Assembly: GCA_963737655.1 (NCBI GenBank)
Contig: CAVTTN010000002.1
Location: 3,168,001-3,232,000 of the forward strand
Source of the DNA: an uncultured Planctomycetota bacterium
GTDB taxonomy: Bacteria > Planctomycetota > Planctomycetia > Isosphaerales > Isosphaeraceae
Reading direction: 5' to 3'
DNA length: 64,000 nucleotides
Shown: positions 41,550 to 52,370 of the stretch, piece after piece
Layout of the letters: every line of letters starts with the position of its first letter
Numbering within the stretch: position 1 is the first letter of the stretch
Position numbers and translations under genes: made by a program
Notes under the pieces: model-generated
What the model was told of the DNA's origin: nothing
The model's input: the letters and a program-made list of their open reading frames with translations, nothing else
The model's database searches: none

Positions 41550-44500
41550 ATGGTTCGCGCCATCATCACCTGGAGCCTGCACAACCGGCTCATCGTGCTC
41601 CTGGGGGTCGCGGCGTTGATCGCGGTCGGGGTCCATTCGGCCCTGAACCTCAACGTCGAGGCGTATCCCGACCCGACCCCTCCGCTGGTCGAGGTCATCA
41701 CGCAGAATCCCGGCGCCACTCCCGAGGAGATGGAGAGGCTCGTCGGCATCCCCCTGGAAACGGCCCTGAACGGGATGCCGGGCCTGGAAGACCTCCGCAG
41801 CACCTCGGTCGCCGGCCTGAACGACATCAAATGCCAGTTCGCGTATGGGACGGATTATGCCTCGGCCCGCCAGGAGGTCATCAACCGGATCGGCTCGGTG
41901 GCCAACCTGCCCCCGGGCGTGGTCCCGGGCCTCTCCCCCTGGAGCCCCACCGGCGAGATCGTCCGCTACGTCCTGGACGGCCCCGGCTACACGACCAACG
42001 ACATCAAGGCCGTCCAGGACTGGGTGTTGAACCGGGCGCTGAAGCAGGTCCCCGGCGTGATCGACGTGACCGGCTACGGGGGGACGATCAAGCAGTACCA
42101 GGTGCTCCTGGACGCGGAGAAGTTGAGGCAGTTCGGCGTGACGATGGACCAGGTCGAGGACGCGATCAAGAACTCCAACGCCAACATCGGCGGCGACCTG
42201 CTGAGCCTGGGGAGCCAGACCCACTACGTCCGGGCCATCGGGCTGGTGGGCGAGGGGGAAGACCCCCTGGACCCGGGCAAGGTGGAGCAGAGGCGGGTGA
42301 TCGAGATCCAGAAGCTCCAAGACCTCCAGGACATCGTCATCACCTCGAATAATGACGTGCCGATCAAGGTCGGCGAGATCGCCAAGATCATCATCGGCAA
42401 CCGTCCGAGGCAGGGGAAGGTGGGCCGCCAGACCAAGGACGAGATCGTCCACGGCGTCCGCCTGGCCGGCAAGGACGACGACGACGTGGTCGAGGGCATC
42501 GTCCTGATGAGGAAATACGAGAAATCGGTCCCCACGGCCAAGGGCGTCGAGAAGAAGCTCAGGGAGATCCAGGAGTCGGGCATCCTCCCCAAGGGGATGA
42601 CCATCCGCGTCTTCAACCAGAGGACCGACCTGGTCAACGTCACGACCGAGAACGTGATCCACAACCTGGGCGTGGGGATGGGCCTGGTCGCGGTGGTCCT
42701 GTTCATCTTCCTCGGCGACCTGACCAGCGCCATCATCGTGGCCCTGGTCATCCCCTTAGCACTCTTGTTCTCGATCACGGTGCTCTACGTCCAGGGGAAG
42801 TCGGCGAACCTGCTGTCGATCGGCGCGGTGGACTTCGGGATCATCGTGGACAGCTCGGTGATCATCGTGGAAAACATCTTTCGCCACATCACCTCGAAGA
42901 ATTCCGATCGGACCAAGCCCCTGATCGACCGGATCGGCGAGGCGAGCCACGAGATCGAGCGGGCCCTGTTCTTCTCGACCACGATCATCGTCTGCGCGTT
43001 CCTGCCGCTGTTCGTGATGACTGGCCCCGAGGGTGCCCTGTTCGGCCCGATGGCCAACACCTACGCCTTCGCGATCTTCGGCGCCCTCTGCCTGGCGCTG
43101 ACCCTGGCCCCGGTCCTCTGCTCGTTCCTGTTCCACAACAAGAAAGAGGAGAAGGACACGTTCCTGGACCGCTGGATGAAGAGGGGCTACCTGAGGATGC
43201 TGGACCTGGTGCTGGACCACCGGATCCTGTTCCTCCTGATGGTGGGCGGCCTCCTGGCATTCACGATCTCGCTGGTGCCGAACCTCGGCGGCGAGTTCAT
43301 GCCCGAGCTGGAGGAGGGGAACCTCTGGATCCGGGCGACCCTGCCCCGGACGGTCTCCCTGGAAGAGGCGTCGCGGATGGCGCCCGGCTCCGCGACGTGA
43401 TCGCCACGGTCCCGGAGGTCAAGGGCGTGATGTCCCACGTCGGCCGGCCCGACGACGGCACCGACGTGACCAGCTTCTTCAACCTGGAGTTCAACGTCCC
43501 CCTGAGGAAGATGGAGGAATGGCGCAAGAAAGATCGCCACGGCAAGCCCATGACCCGCCAGGCGATCGAGGAGGAGCTCACCGAGCAATTCGACCAGTTC
43601 CCCGGGATCAGCTTCAATTTCTCGCAGTTGATCCGGGACAACGTGGAGGAGGCGCTCTCGGGCGTGAAGGGGGCGAACTCGGTGAAGCTGTTCGGCTCGG
43701 ACCTGAAGAAGCTGGAGAGCACGGGCAACCGAGTGGCGGAGATCCTCCGGGGGGTCCGGGGGATCGAGAACGTCGGCCTGTTCCACATCATCGGCCAGCC
43801 GAACCTGGAGATCCGGATCGATCGCCGGGCGTGCGCCCGCTACGGGATCAACGTGGCCGACGTGGAGGCGGTGATCCAGGTGGCCATCGGCGGCAAGGCG
43901 TTCTCGCAGATGGTCGAGGGGGAGAAGCTGTACGACATCGTCTTGAGGCTGCCCCGGGACCTCCGCGACGATCCCTCGGTGATCCGCCGGATCGTGGTGG
44001 ACGCCCCCGGCAAGGACGGCAAGCCGGGCATCCGCGTCCCCCTCTCCAGCCTGGCCCAGATCAATGACCACTCGCCGGGCGCCTCGTATATCTATCGGGA
44101 GAACAACCGCCGCTATATCCCGATTAAATTCAGCGTGGTGGGCCGGGACCTCGCCTCGGCGATCGGCGAGGCCCAGAAGAAGGTCACGGCGGCGGACGTC
44201 CTGCCTCGGGGCTATGAGGTGGAGTGGTCGGGCGAGTTCGCCCAGATGCAGGAGGCCAACAAGCGGCTGATGTGGATGGTCCCCCTCTCGATCGGGCTGA
44301 TCCTGGTGCTGCTGTACATGGCGTTCAACTCGATCAAGGACGCCCTGCTCGTGATGGCCAACGTGGTCACGGCCACGATGGGAGGCGTCTGGGCCCTGAA
44401 GCTCACGGGGACGAACTTCTCGATCTCGGCGGCGGTGGGGTTCATCTCGATCTTCGGCGTGGCGGTCCAGAACGGGGTGTTGCTGATCTCGTACTTCAAC

Positions 44501-44842
44501 CAGATGAGGGCCTCCGGGACGCCCGTCCGGGAGGCCGTGATGCGAGGGGCCGAGCTCCGGCTCCGGCCGGTGGTCATGACCTCCCTGACGGCGATCCTCG
44601 GCCTCCTGCCGGCGGCCCTGGCCAACTCGATCGGCTCCCAGGCCCAGAAGCCCCTGGCGATCGTGGTGGTCGGCGGGATGCTGGTGGCCCTGATGCTCAC
44701 GCAGTACCTGATGCCCGTGCTCTACAGCTTCTTCCCGGCCCCCGAGGGCCACGGCGGCGACAACCACGAGCTCAGCGACGGCTCGCACTACACCGACGAG
44801 CTTCTGGAGCGGAAGAAGGTCGCGGCCGCCCGGATCGCCTGA
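41550..44842 (+). CDS. CusA/CzcA family heavy-metal RND efflux permease (frameshift near 43384)
   Basis: VEAYPD, SANLLSIGAVDFGIIVDSSVIIVEN, EGALFGPMA, GGEFMPELEEG, GVAVQNG, RLRPVVMT and QKPLAIVVVGG. Confidence 0.92.
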
Positions 44843-44921
44843 TTCGCCCAGCTTCACGAATTCCATCCGAGCGATTCATCACACCGCCCCGATCCCGGGG
44901 CCCTTGAGGGAGGACGGTCCG

Positions 44922-46180
44922 ATGAAGTGGAAAATGCTGATCGCCGGGGGAGTCATCGCCGCCGGGGCCGCCTTCGTGGCGCTGAACCCGTGGGCCCGGG
45001 TCCGGGCCCGCGAAGCGTGGGGCAAGATCCGGGGAGGCTCGGCTCCGGCCGAGGCCCAGGCCGAATCCCGACCCGCCCCCGAGCCGTTCCGTGGGACCGT
45101 GGACCTCACCGCCCGAGAGCGCGAGGCCCTGGGCGTCGACCTGGCCGAGGTGAAGGAGCAGGACCAGCCCACCCTCCTGGACGTCCACGCCAAGACCGAC
45201 TACGACCCCAATTCCCTCTACAAGATCCGCCCCAAGTTCAAGAGCCTGATCGACAAGGTCCTCGTCGGCTACGGCCAGAGCGTGAAGAAGGGGCAGCCGC
45301 TGGTCGAGGTCTTCTCGGCCGACCTCGCCCAGGCCAAGGGGGAGTACGAGACCAAGGCCACCCAGTGGCAGGTCGATCAGACCGAGCTGGCCCGCGCCAC
45401 CAAGCTCCTCAAGACCGGCTCGATCTCCGAGAAGGAATTCCTCAAGGAGCAGAGCGACGAGAAACAGAGCGGGACCGCCGCGAAGATCGCCCGGGACCGC
45501 CTGGAGGTCTACGGCCTGTCGGCCCAGGAGATCGACGCCATCTTCAAGGAGGACGGCATCCAGAAGGCCAAGATGACCCTCCGCTCCCCGGCCGACGGCG
45601 TGGTGATCCAGAAGGAGGTCGTCGCCGGCAACCTCTACGACGAGAACGACGTCCTCCTCACGGTCGCCCCCCTGGATCACTTCTGGGTCCACGGGTATGT
45701 CTATCCGAGCGATGCCTCCAAGGTGAAGGTGGGCGAGACCAAGTGGGTGATCCACTGCAAATCGGCCGGCAAGGACTTCATCCGCACGGTGGATTCGGTG
45801 ACCTCGGAGATCGACCCCGACACCAAGACCATCAAGATCCGCACCGAGATCGACAACACCGACAACGCGATCAAGGCGAACATGCTGGTCAACAGCCAAC
45901 TCCAGGTCCCGCCGGTCAAGGGCCACACCACGATCCCCCGGCTTGCCATGGTCTCGTCCGACGGCGGCAATTACGCCTTCGTCCTCAAGCCGGGCGACGG
46001 TTCCAGGGACGCCAAGGACCGCTTCGAGAGGAGGAGTCTGGGCGTCGCCCAGGAGATGACCGACGAGGTCATCGTCGCTACCGGCCTGGCGCCCGGCGAA
46101 CGGGTCGCGACCAAGGGAAGCCTCCTGCTGATGCAGATGTACGAGGACTCCGCCAGCCTGGAATCGGGGCCCCCCGCTGA
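44922..46180 (+). CDS. RND periplasmic adaptor (CusB/CzcB-like membrane fusion protein)
   Basis: N-terminal anchor, GQSVKKGQPL, LRSPADGVVI, IDPDTKT and GLAPGERVATKGSLLL. A likely missing G at 46166-46169 gives ...ESGAPR* at 46180; the uncorrected ORF runs on as low-complexity sequence to 46487. Confidence 0.85.
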
Positions 46181-46673
46181 GGCCGCGAGCCTCCCCCGTT
46201 TCCATCATCGTGCCGTCCGGCCCGAGCGATCGGCGAATCGCGGCCTCGCACCGACCCTCGGCCGCGGTTCACGTCCCCATCGAGCCTCCCAGCCAAGGCC
46301 CCGGCCCGCCGACCTCCCGGATCGGCGGGCCGGGGCCTGTCCTGCGGATGGTGGACCCGAGAGTGATCCTCCGAAGCGAGCGGGTGTCGCCCGGGAATTT
46401 GGATCTTCCCAAGGGTGCCCCCGGTTCCTGAACCGGGGCGGCGGAGCCGCAAGAGGCAGAGCAAGACGGCCCGAAACGGCCTCTTGAGGCTCCGCCGCCC
46501 CGTTTCAGGAACCGGATGCATCCGAAAAGCTTCAGAATCGAGAGCCGGACCCGAAGCGATCCAGGGGTTTGACCCGACCGGACTTCGGCAGTACGATCCC
46601 CAGAGGGGCGCCTTCCCGTCGATCCGCCCCCATCCCCTGACCGCGTCATTTCCAAAGAGGGGGGGTGAGCACG

Positions 46674-46997
46674 ATGCCGCTGTTCGAGGTCGAGACCACG
46701 TCACATATCATGATTGCGTGCGTCGATGACGAGATGAAGGCCCGCGCGTTCGCCCAGGAGAACTATCCGGGAGAGGACGTGGTCCGCGTCAGCCATCGGC
46801 CTCGCGACGTGTGGGTCATCTCGAAGAACTTGCTGGGGATCGCCGGCCCCGGCGACCCCTGCGCCACGGCCCGAGAGTGCCTGTCCCAGGCGAAGGGCGA
46901 CAAGCTCCACGCCGTCCGCCTGTACATGCAGCACACCGGCTCGGACCTCGACGGGGCCCGCAAGGTGATCGAGTCCAACATGGCCATGGGCTGGTGA
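46674..46997 (+). CDS. Conserved-looking small hypothetical protein
   Basis: GAGGGGGG SD, strong GC3 codon bias. MPLFEVETTSHIMIA...RPRDVWVISK...CLSQAKGDKLHAVRLYM...VIESNMAMGW. Confidence 0.75.
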   Translation: MPLFEVETTSHIMIACVDDEMKARAFAQENYPGEDVVRVSHRPRDVWVISKNLLGIAGPGDPCATARECLSQAKGDKLHAVRLYMQHTGSDLDGARKVIESNMAMGW

Positions 46998-47153
46998 TCG
47001 GCCGGCGATCGCCGACGTTCGACACCGACCCCTCCGCATCGACTCACCCCGGCGTGGTATGCTGGCCCCGGGGTTGTGTTTCCCGAGATCGAGACCGCGG
47101 CCTTCGCCCGGGGCGAGGGCCCGGCCCCGCCTTCGTCCGGCCCGGGAGCCGTC

Positions 47154-48440
47154 ATGCAAAAGGTGATCTGCCTGATCCTCGGGGGCGGCCGGGGTTCCCG
47201 CCTCTATCCCCTGACCAAATCCCGCAGCAAGCCCGCCGTGCCGATCGCCGGCAAGTACCGGCTGATCGACATCCCCATCTCCAACTGCATCCACTCCGAT
47301 CTCAACCGGATCTTCGTCCTCACGCAGTTCAACTCGGTCAGCCTCCACCGTCATATCGTGAATACGTACAAGTTCGACCCGTTCGGCGGGGGATTCGTGG
47401 AGGTCCTCGCCGCCCAGCAGACCATGCAGCACGAGAGCTGGTACCAGGGGACGGCCGACGCCGTCCGCCGCAACATCCCGTACTTCGCCGAGGGGGACGC
47501 CGAGCTCGTCCTGATCCTCTCCGGCGACCAGCTCTACCGGATGGATTTCCAGGACATGATCCGCAGCCACCGGGAGGCGAAGGCCGAGGCCACCATCGCC
47601 ACCATCCCCGTGGCCGAGAAGGAGGCCACCTCCTGCGGGATCATGAAGCTGGATGCCACCGCCCGCGTGGTCGATTTCGAGGAGAAGCCCAAGACCCAGG
47701 ACGCCCTGGACCGGGTCCGGACCGACCCCGCCCTGCTCGCCCGCCACGGCCTCAACGCCGAGGGCCGCCCCTACCTCGCCAGCATGGGGATCTATCTGTT
47801 CAACCGCAACACGCTGGTGGAGATCCTCGCCTCGGGCTCCGCCGCCGACTTCGGCAAGGAGCTCTTCCCCCAGGCGATCCATTCGCACAAGGTCCAGGCC
47901 CACCTCTTCGATGATTACTGGGAGGACATCGGCACCATCGGCGCCTTCCACAAGGCGAACATCGACCTGACCCGGGAGAACCCGGCCTTCGACTTCACCG
48001 CCGGGGACGACGCCATCTTCACCCGCCCCCGCTACCTGCCCTGCGCCAAGCTCTCGGGCGTGACCGTCAACGAGAGCCTGATCTCCGACGGCTGCACGAT
48101 CGGCCGAGGGTCGATCATCGAGAACTCGGTGATCGGGGTCCGCTCCCAGATCGCCGAGAACGTGACGATCCGCAACTCCTACATCATGGGCGCGGACACG
48201 TTCGAGACCTTCGACGAACGAGCGGCCAACGTCCGAGGATCGATCCCCCATACCGGCATCGGCGCGGGGTCGCGGATCGAGAACGCCATCATCGACAAGA
48301 ACGCCAAGATCGGGAAGAACGTGAGGATCTTGAATGAGTCCGGCGCCGTCGATTTCGAGGAAGCCCCGCATTACGTGATCCGCGACGGGATCGTCGTGAT
48401 CCCCAAGTTCACCATCCTCCAGGACGGGACCAGGATCTGA
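47154..48440 (+). CDS. glgC: Glucose-1-phosphate adenylyltransferase
   Basis: LILGGGRGSRLYPLTKSRSKPAVP, WYQGTADAV, LSGDQLYRMD, FEEKP, ASMGIYLF and YWEDIGT. Confidence 0.97.
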   Translation: MQKVICLILGGGRGSRLYPLTKSRSKPAVPIAGKYRLIDIPISNCIHSDLNRIFVLTQFNSVSLHRHIVNTYKFDPFGGGFVEVLAAQQTMQHESWYQGTADAVRRNIPYFAEGDAELVLILSGDQLYRMDFQDMIRSHREAKAEATIATIPVAEKEATSCGIMKLDATARVVDFEEKPKTQDALDRVRTDPALLARHGLNAEGRPYLASMGIYLFNRNTLVEILASGSAADFGKELFPQAIHSHKVQAHLFDDYWEDIGTIGAFHKANIDLTRENPAFDFTAGDDAIFTRPRYLPCAKLSGVTVNESLISDGCTIGRGSIIENSVIGVRSQIAENVTIRNSYIMGADTFETFDERAANVRGSIPHTGIGAGSRIENAIIDKNAKIGKNVRILNESGAVDFEEAPHYVIRDGIVVIPKFTILQDGTRI

Positions 48441-48586
48441 GCCCCCGCGGCGGGAAGGGGCCGTCGGGCGGGCTTCACGCGCCCGACGGCCCGCCGGTTG
48501 CGGCGAGCTCACCCCGTCTGCTACCCTGAATCTTCACGCCGGACCGCCCCCCGACGGCGTTCGCCGACGGTCCAGGAGACCTCTCC

Positions 48587-49468
48587 ATGTCCACGGACGC
48601 CCACGTTCTCGGCGAAGACAAGATCGGCCAGTACAAGTATGTCCGGACCCTCCTCCAGGGCCAGAACTCCACGGTCATGGAGGTCATCCAGGACAACACG
48701 GGCAAGCGGTTCGCGATGAAACAGCTCCTGGCCTCGAAGGCCGAGGACCCCGCCGAACGAAAACTCTTCGAGTTCGAGGCCAAGCTCGGGATGGACCTCC
48801 GCCACCCGAACCTGATCCGCGTGTTCGACTACGTGAAGGACCGCACCCAGCCCTACTTCGTGATGGAATTCTTCCCCTCGATCCACCTCCGCCTGGTCCT
48901 GGGCAAGCGCGACCTGTTCGAGGCGTTCAAGCCCAAGCTCCACCGGGTGATCAGCCAGTCCGCCGCCGGGCTGGCCTACATGCACGACAAGGGCTGGGTC
49001 CATCGCGACATCAAGCCCGAGAACCTGATCCTCAACAAGAGCGGCGAGGTCCGCCTGATCGACTACGCTCTGGCCTTGAAGATCAAGAGCGGATTGGGCA
49101 AGATGTTCGCGGGCAAGCCGCCTTGCCAGGGAACGCATAGCTATATGTCGCCCGAGCAAATCCGTCGCGACCCCCCGGCGGTCACCGCCGACATCTACAG
49201 CTTCGGGATCACCTGTTACGAGCTGGCCGCCGGCCGCCCCCCGTTCCGCGCGAATTCCCCCACCGAGCTGCTCCAGAAGCACATGTCCGAGTCGCCCAGC
49301 CCGCCGACGGTCCACAACCGCGAGATCACCGAGGATTTCTCCAACCTCGTGATGAAGATGATCAAGAAGAAGCCGGCCGACCGCCCCCAGAACGTCCACG
49401 AGTTCCTCAGCCAGTTCGCCCGGACCCGCGTCTACAAGAACGACCCCATGCCGGGCTCCGCGTACTGA
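48587..49468 (+). CDS. Soluble Hanks-type Ser/Thr protein kinase (catalytic domain only)
   Basis: FAMKQL, HPNLI, HRDIKPEN, DYA in place of DFG, GTHSYMSPEQ and DIYSFG. No TM or sensor domain. Confidence 0.92.
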   Translation: MSTDAHVLGEDKIGQYKYVRTLLQGQNSTVMEVIQDNTGKRFAMKQLLASKAEDPAERKLFEFEAKLGMDLRHPNLIRVFDYVKDRTQPYFVMEFFPSIHLRLVLGKRDLFEAFKPKLHRVISQSAAGLAYMHDKGWVHRDIKPENLILNKSGEVRLIDYALALKIKSGLGKMFAGKPPCQGTHSYMSPEQIRRDPPAVTADIYSFGITCYELAAGRPPFRANSPTELLQKHMSESPSPPTVHNREITEDFSNLVMKMIKKKPADRPQNVHEFLSQFARTRVYKNDPMPGSAY

Positions 49469-49511
49469 TCCCGAGTCGATCGAAACCGTTTTGCCCGCAA
49501 GAGATCCGCCG

Positions 49512-50581
49512 ATGGCCAGCTCCGTCCGATACCGCCTCCCCTTCGAGGCCCCGATCCTCGAAATGGAGGCGAAGCTCGCCGAGCTGGACGCCCGGTACGC
49601 CGACGCCCGGGCCGGCCACGACCCCCGGGCCGGCGAGATCGCCGACTCGGTCCGCCGCCTCCGCCGCGAGCTGACGATCCTCATGAGGGGCGTCTACGCC
49701 AACCTCTCCCCCTGGGAGACCGTCCTGGTCTCCCGGTGCGACGCCCGCCCGCAGTCTCGCGAGTACCTGATCACCGTCTTCGACCGCTTCGTCGAGCTCC
49801 ACGGCGACCGCGCCGTCGGCGACGACCAGGCCCTGATCACCGGGTTCGCCCACCTCGGGGACCAGAAGGTCCTCTTCGTCGGCCACCAGAAGGGCAAGAC
49901 CCTGGCCGAGCGGCAGAAGACCAATTTCGGCTGCGCCCACCCCGAAGGCTATCGCAAGGCGCTCCTCAAGATGAAGATGGCGGCCAAGTTCGGGCTGCCC
50001 ATCATCTGCCTGATCGACACCCCGGGCGCCTATCCCGGCATCGGCGCGGAGGAACGCGGCCAGGCCGCGATCATCGCCGAGAACCTCATGGCCATGAGCC
50101 GGATCGATACCCCGATCGTCTGCGTGGTGATCGGCGAGGGGGGCTCGGCGGGGCCCTGGGGATCGGGATCGGCGACAAGGTGGCGATGATGGAACATTCG
50201 TACTATTCGGTGATCAGTCCCGAGGGCTGCGCCACCATCCTGTGGAAGGGGGCCGAGCACGCCGAACGCGCCGCCGCCGCCCTCAAGTTCACCGGCAAGG
50301 ACCTCCTCCGGATGGGGATCATCGACGAGGTCATCCCCGAGCCCGTCGGCGGCGCCCACCGGGACGGCCGGGAAGCCGCGGCCAACCTCAAGTCGTTCCT
50401 GATCCGAGCCTTGCGGGATATTCATGATCAGCCCCGGGCGGGCCTCCTCGATCGCAGGTATGACAAGTATCGCCAGATCGGCGTCTTCTTCGAAGGGCGC
50501 GCGGAGGGCGGACCGGCCGCCCCCGCGGGGCCGCTGCCCGTCCCCTTCACCCAGCACGAAGGACAACCGAAACCATCGTGA
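49512..50581 (+). CDS. accA: Acetyl-CoA carboxylase carboxyltransferase alpha (frameshift near 50147)
   Basis: LPFEAPI, FVELHGDR, GHQKG, HPEGYRKA, IDTPGAYPGIGAEERGQ, GEGGS|GALGIG and YSVISPEGCATILWK. One G missing. Confidence 0.95.
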
Positions 50582-51056
50582 CCGGCCCCTCCGCCCGATC
50601 GCCCCAATTCCCCGGTGACATCCGGACGACGACCCGTCCCGAAGTCACTCCCCGACCGATCCCCGGGCATCCCAAGTGCGCCGAAAGGCCGGTCCGGACA
50701 TTCCGAAGCAATTCGGAGGCATCGGCGCAAGTAGTATTAGAAATTCAAGTTGCGACCATTGTTCAAGAAATGCAAGAATGAGACGGCTTGAATGTGCGCG
50801 GGGCGTTGCGCACCACGATCCGGCGGGATTTCCGGGCGAAAGCCTCGCTTTGCATCGCCAAGTGTAGTCAACTTCCTCGCATCAACGATCCCGTTCCTCT
50901 GGGCATCGTGAATGGTGGACTCGTGAAAGAATCGGCAATCTTCGGCGGCTGGCCCGGAGATCGGGACACATTTTGAATTCCTGAAATCGCCCGGATGCGA
51001 ATCCCAGGAATCCCACCGGCCCCGATCGAGGGGAGGCCCTGGCGGGCCCCGGTCCG

Positions 51057-52234
51057 ATGAAGCTGAAGAGGCTGGCGGAAGACTTCGTGGTCGAGGAACT
51101 GCCCGTCGTCGAGGGGGCCCCCGGGGTCGTTTCGCGTTCTATCGCCTCCGGAAGCGGGGGATGGGCACGCTGGAGGCCGTCGAGGCGATCCGCCGACGAT
51201 GGAACCTCGCCGGGGCCCAGATCCATTACGGGGGCCTGAAGGACCGCCACGCCGAAACGATTCAATATCTGACGATCCTCGACGGCCCGGACCGGCCGCT
51301 CCGCGAGACGAACCTGGAGCTGGAGCCGATCGGCCGGCTCTCGCATCCCTACGGCCCCCGCGACTTCCGGGGCAACCGCTTCCACCTGGTCCTCCGCGAC
51401 CTCGGCCGGGAGGCGGCGGAGCGGGCCGAGCGATCGGCCCGCCAGGTGCCCCGCGACGGCCTCCCGAACTATTTCGACGACCAGAGGTTCGGTTCCGTGG
51501 GCTTCTCCGGCGGCTTCATCGCCGAGGCGTGGCTGAAGGGGGACCACGAGCGGGCCCTCCGGCTCGCGATCGCCGAGCCCACGGCCTCGGACCGGCCCGA
51601 CTCTCGCGAGGAAAAGGCCATCCTCAACGAATGCTGGGGCGATTGGCCCGCCGCGAAGGCGAGGTTGGGCCGGTCCCACGCGAGGAGCCTGGTCACGTAC
51701 CTCGTCGATCACCCGACCGACTTCCGGGGGGCGTTCGCCCGGGTCCGCCGAGACCTCCGATCGATCTATTTCTCCGCGTTCCAGAGCCATCTCTGGAACC
51801 TCATGCTCGGCCGCCTCCTGGAAGGATCGACCCGGCCCGAGCAGCGGACCCCGATCGACTTCAAGGTGGCGACCTTGCCGCTCCACCACGGCCTGGACGA
51901 GTCTCAGGCCCGAGACCTCGGCCCCCGGAGGCTCCCCCTGCCCGCGTCGCGGACCCCCCTGCCCCCCGAAGGCCCCGACCGCGACCTCGCGACCTCGGTG
52001 CTCGAACCGTTCGGCCTGGCGTGGGAAGACCTCCGCGTCAAACATCTCAAGGACGTGTTCTTCTCCAAGGGCGATCGCGCGGCCCTGTTCTTCCCCGAGG
52101 CGCTGGAGTACCGCCGCCTGCCGGACGACCTCTACCCCGGCCGCTCCAAGCTCCTCCTCTCGTTCGACCTGCCCAAGGGGGCCTACGCCACCCTCCTCGT
52201 CAAGCGGTTGACCGAGGTCCCCATGAGTGGGTGA
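51057..52234 (+). CDS. truD: tRNA pseudouridine(13) synthase TruD (frameshift near 51124)
   Basis: MKLKRLAEDFVVEE, YGGLKDRHAETIQ, GNRFHLVLR, PNYFDDQRFG, SAFQSHLWN and FDLPKGAYAT. Confidence 0.92.
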
Positions 52235-52243
52235 TATGAGCAT

Positions 52244-52370
52244 GTAGGGTGCATGAAATGCACCGATCCCGCGCGGCCGGAGGCCGCCGTCCGTTTCCTC
52301 TGGCCCGTTCTCACGGAGAATCGGAGGCGGCCTCCGGCCGCGCGAGTTTGGTGCATTTCATGCATCCTAC
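52244..52370. repeat. REP family A inverted doublet (127-bp REPIN-like hairpin)
   Basis: GTAGGGTGCATGAAATGCACC (52244-52264) and an inverted copy at 52350-52370 (1 mismatch), plus a perfect 19-bp inner inverted repeat (52270-52288 / 52326-52344). Lies between convergent truD and selD. Confidence 0.92.

Noticed and set aside
46181..46487. 100-aa C-terminal extension of the RND adaptor
   Set aside because: Low-complexity Arg/Pro-rich sequence without codon bias. One added G at 46166-46169 gives a natural stop at 46180.
50130..50160. Programmed ribosomal frameshift in accA
   Set aside because: No classic slippery heptamer. The single missing G matches the many similar indels in unrelated genes across the window.
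50582..51056. AT-richer intergenic region between accA and truD as a tRNA-Sec or other ncRNA locus
   Set aside because: No cloverleaf, T-loop motif or recognisable riboswitch could be found by eye. A covariance-model search (Infernal/Rfam) would be needed.
9513..52370. 21-30-bp palindromic repeats as a CRISPR array
   Set aside because: Copies are dispersed or inverted, with no regular repeat-spacer periodicity and no cas genes.
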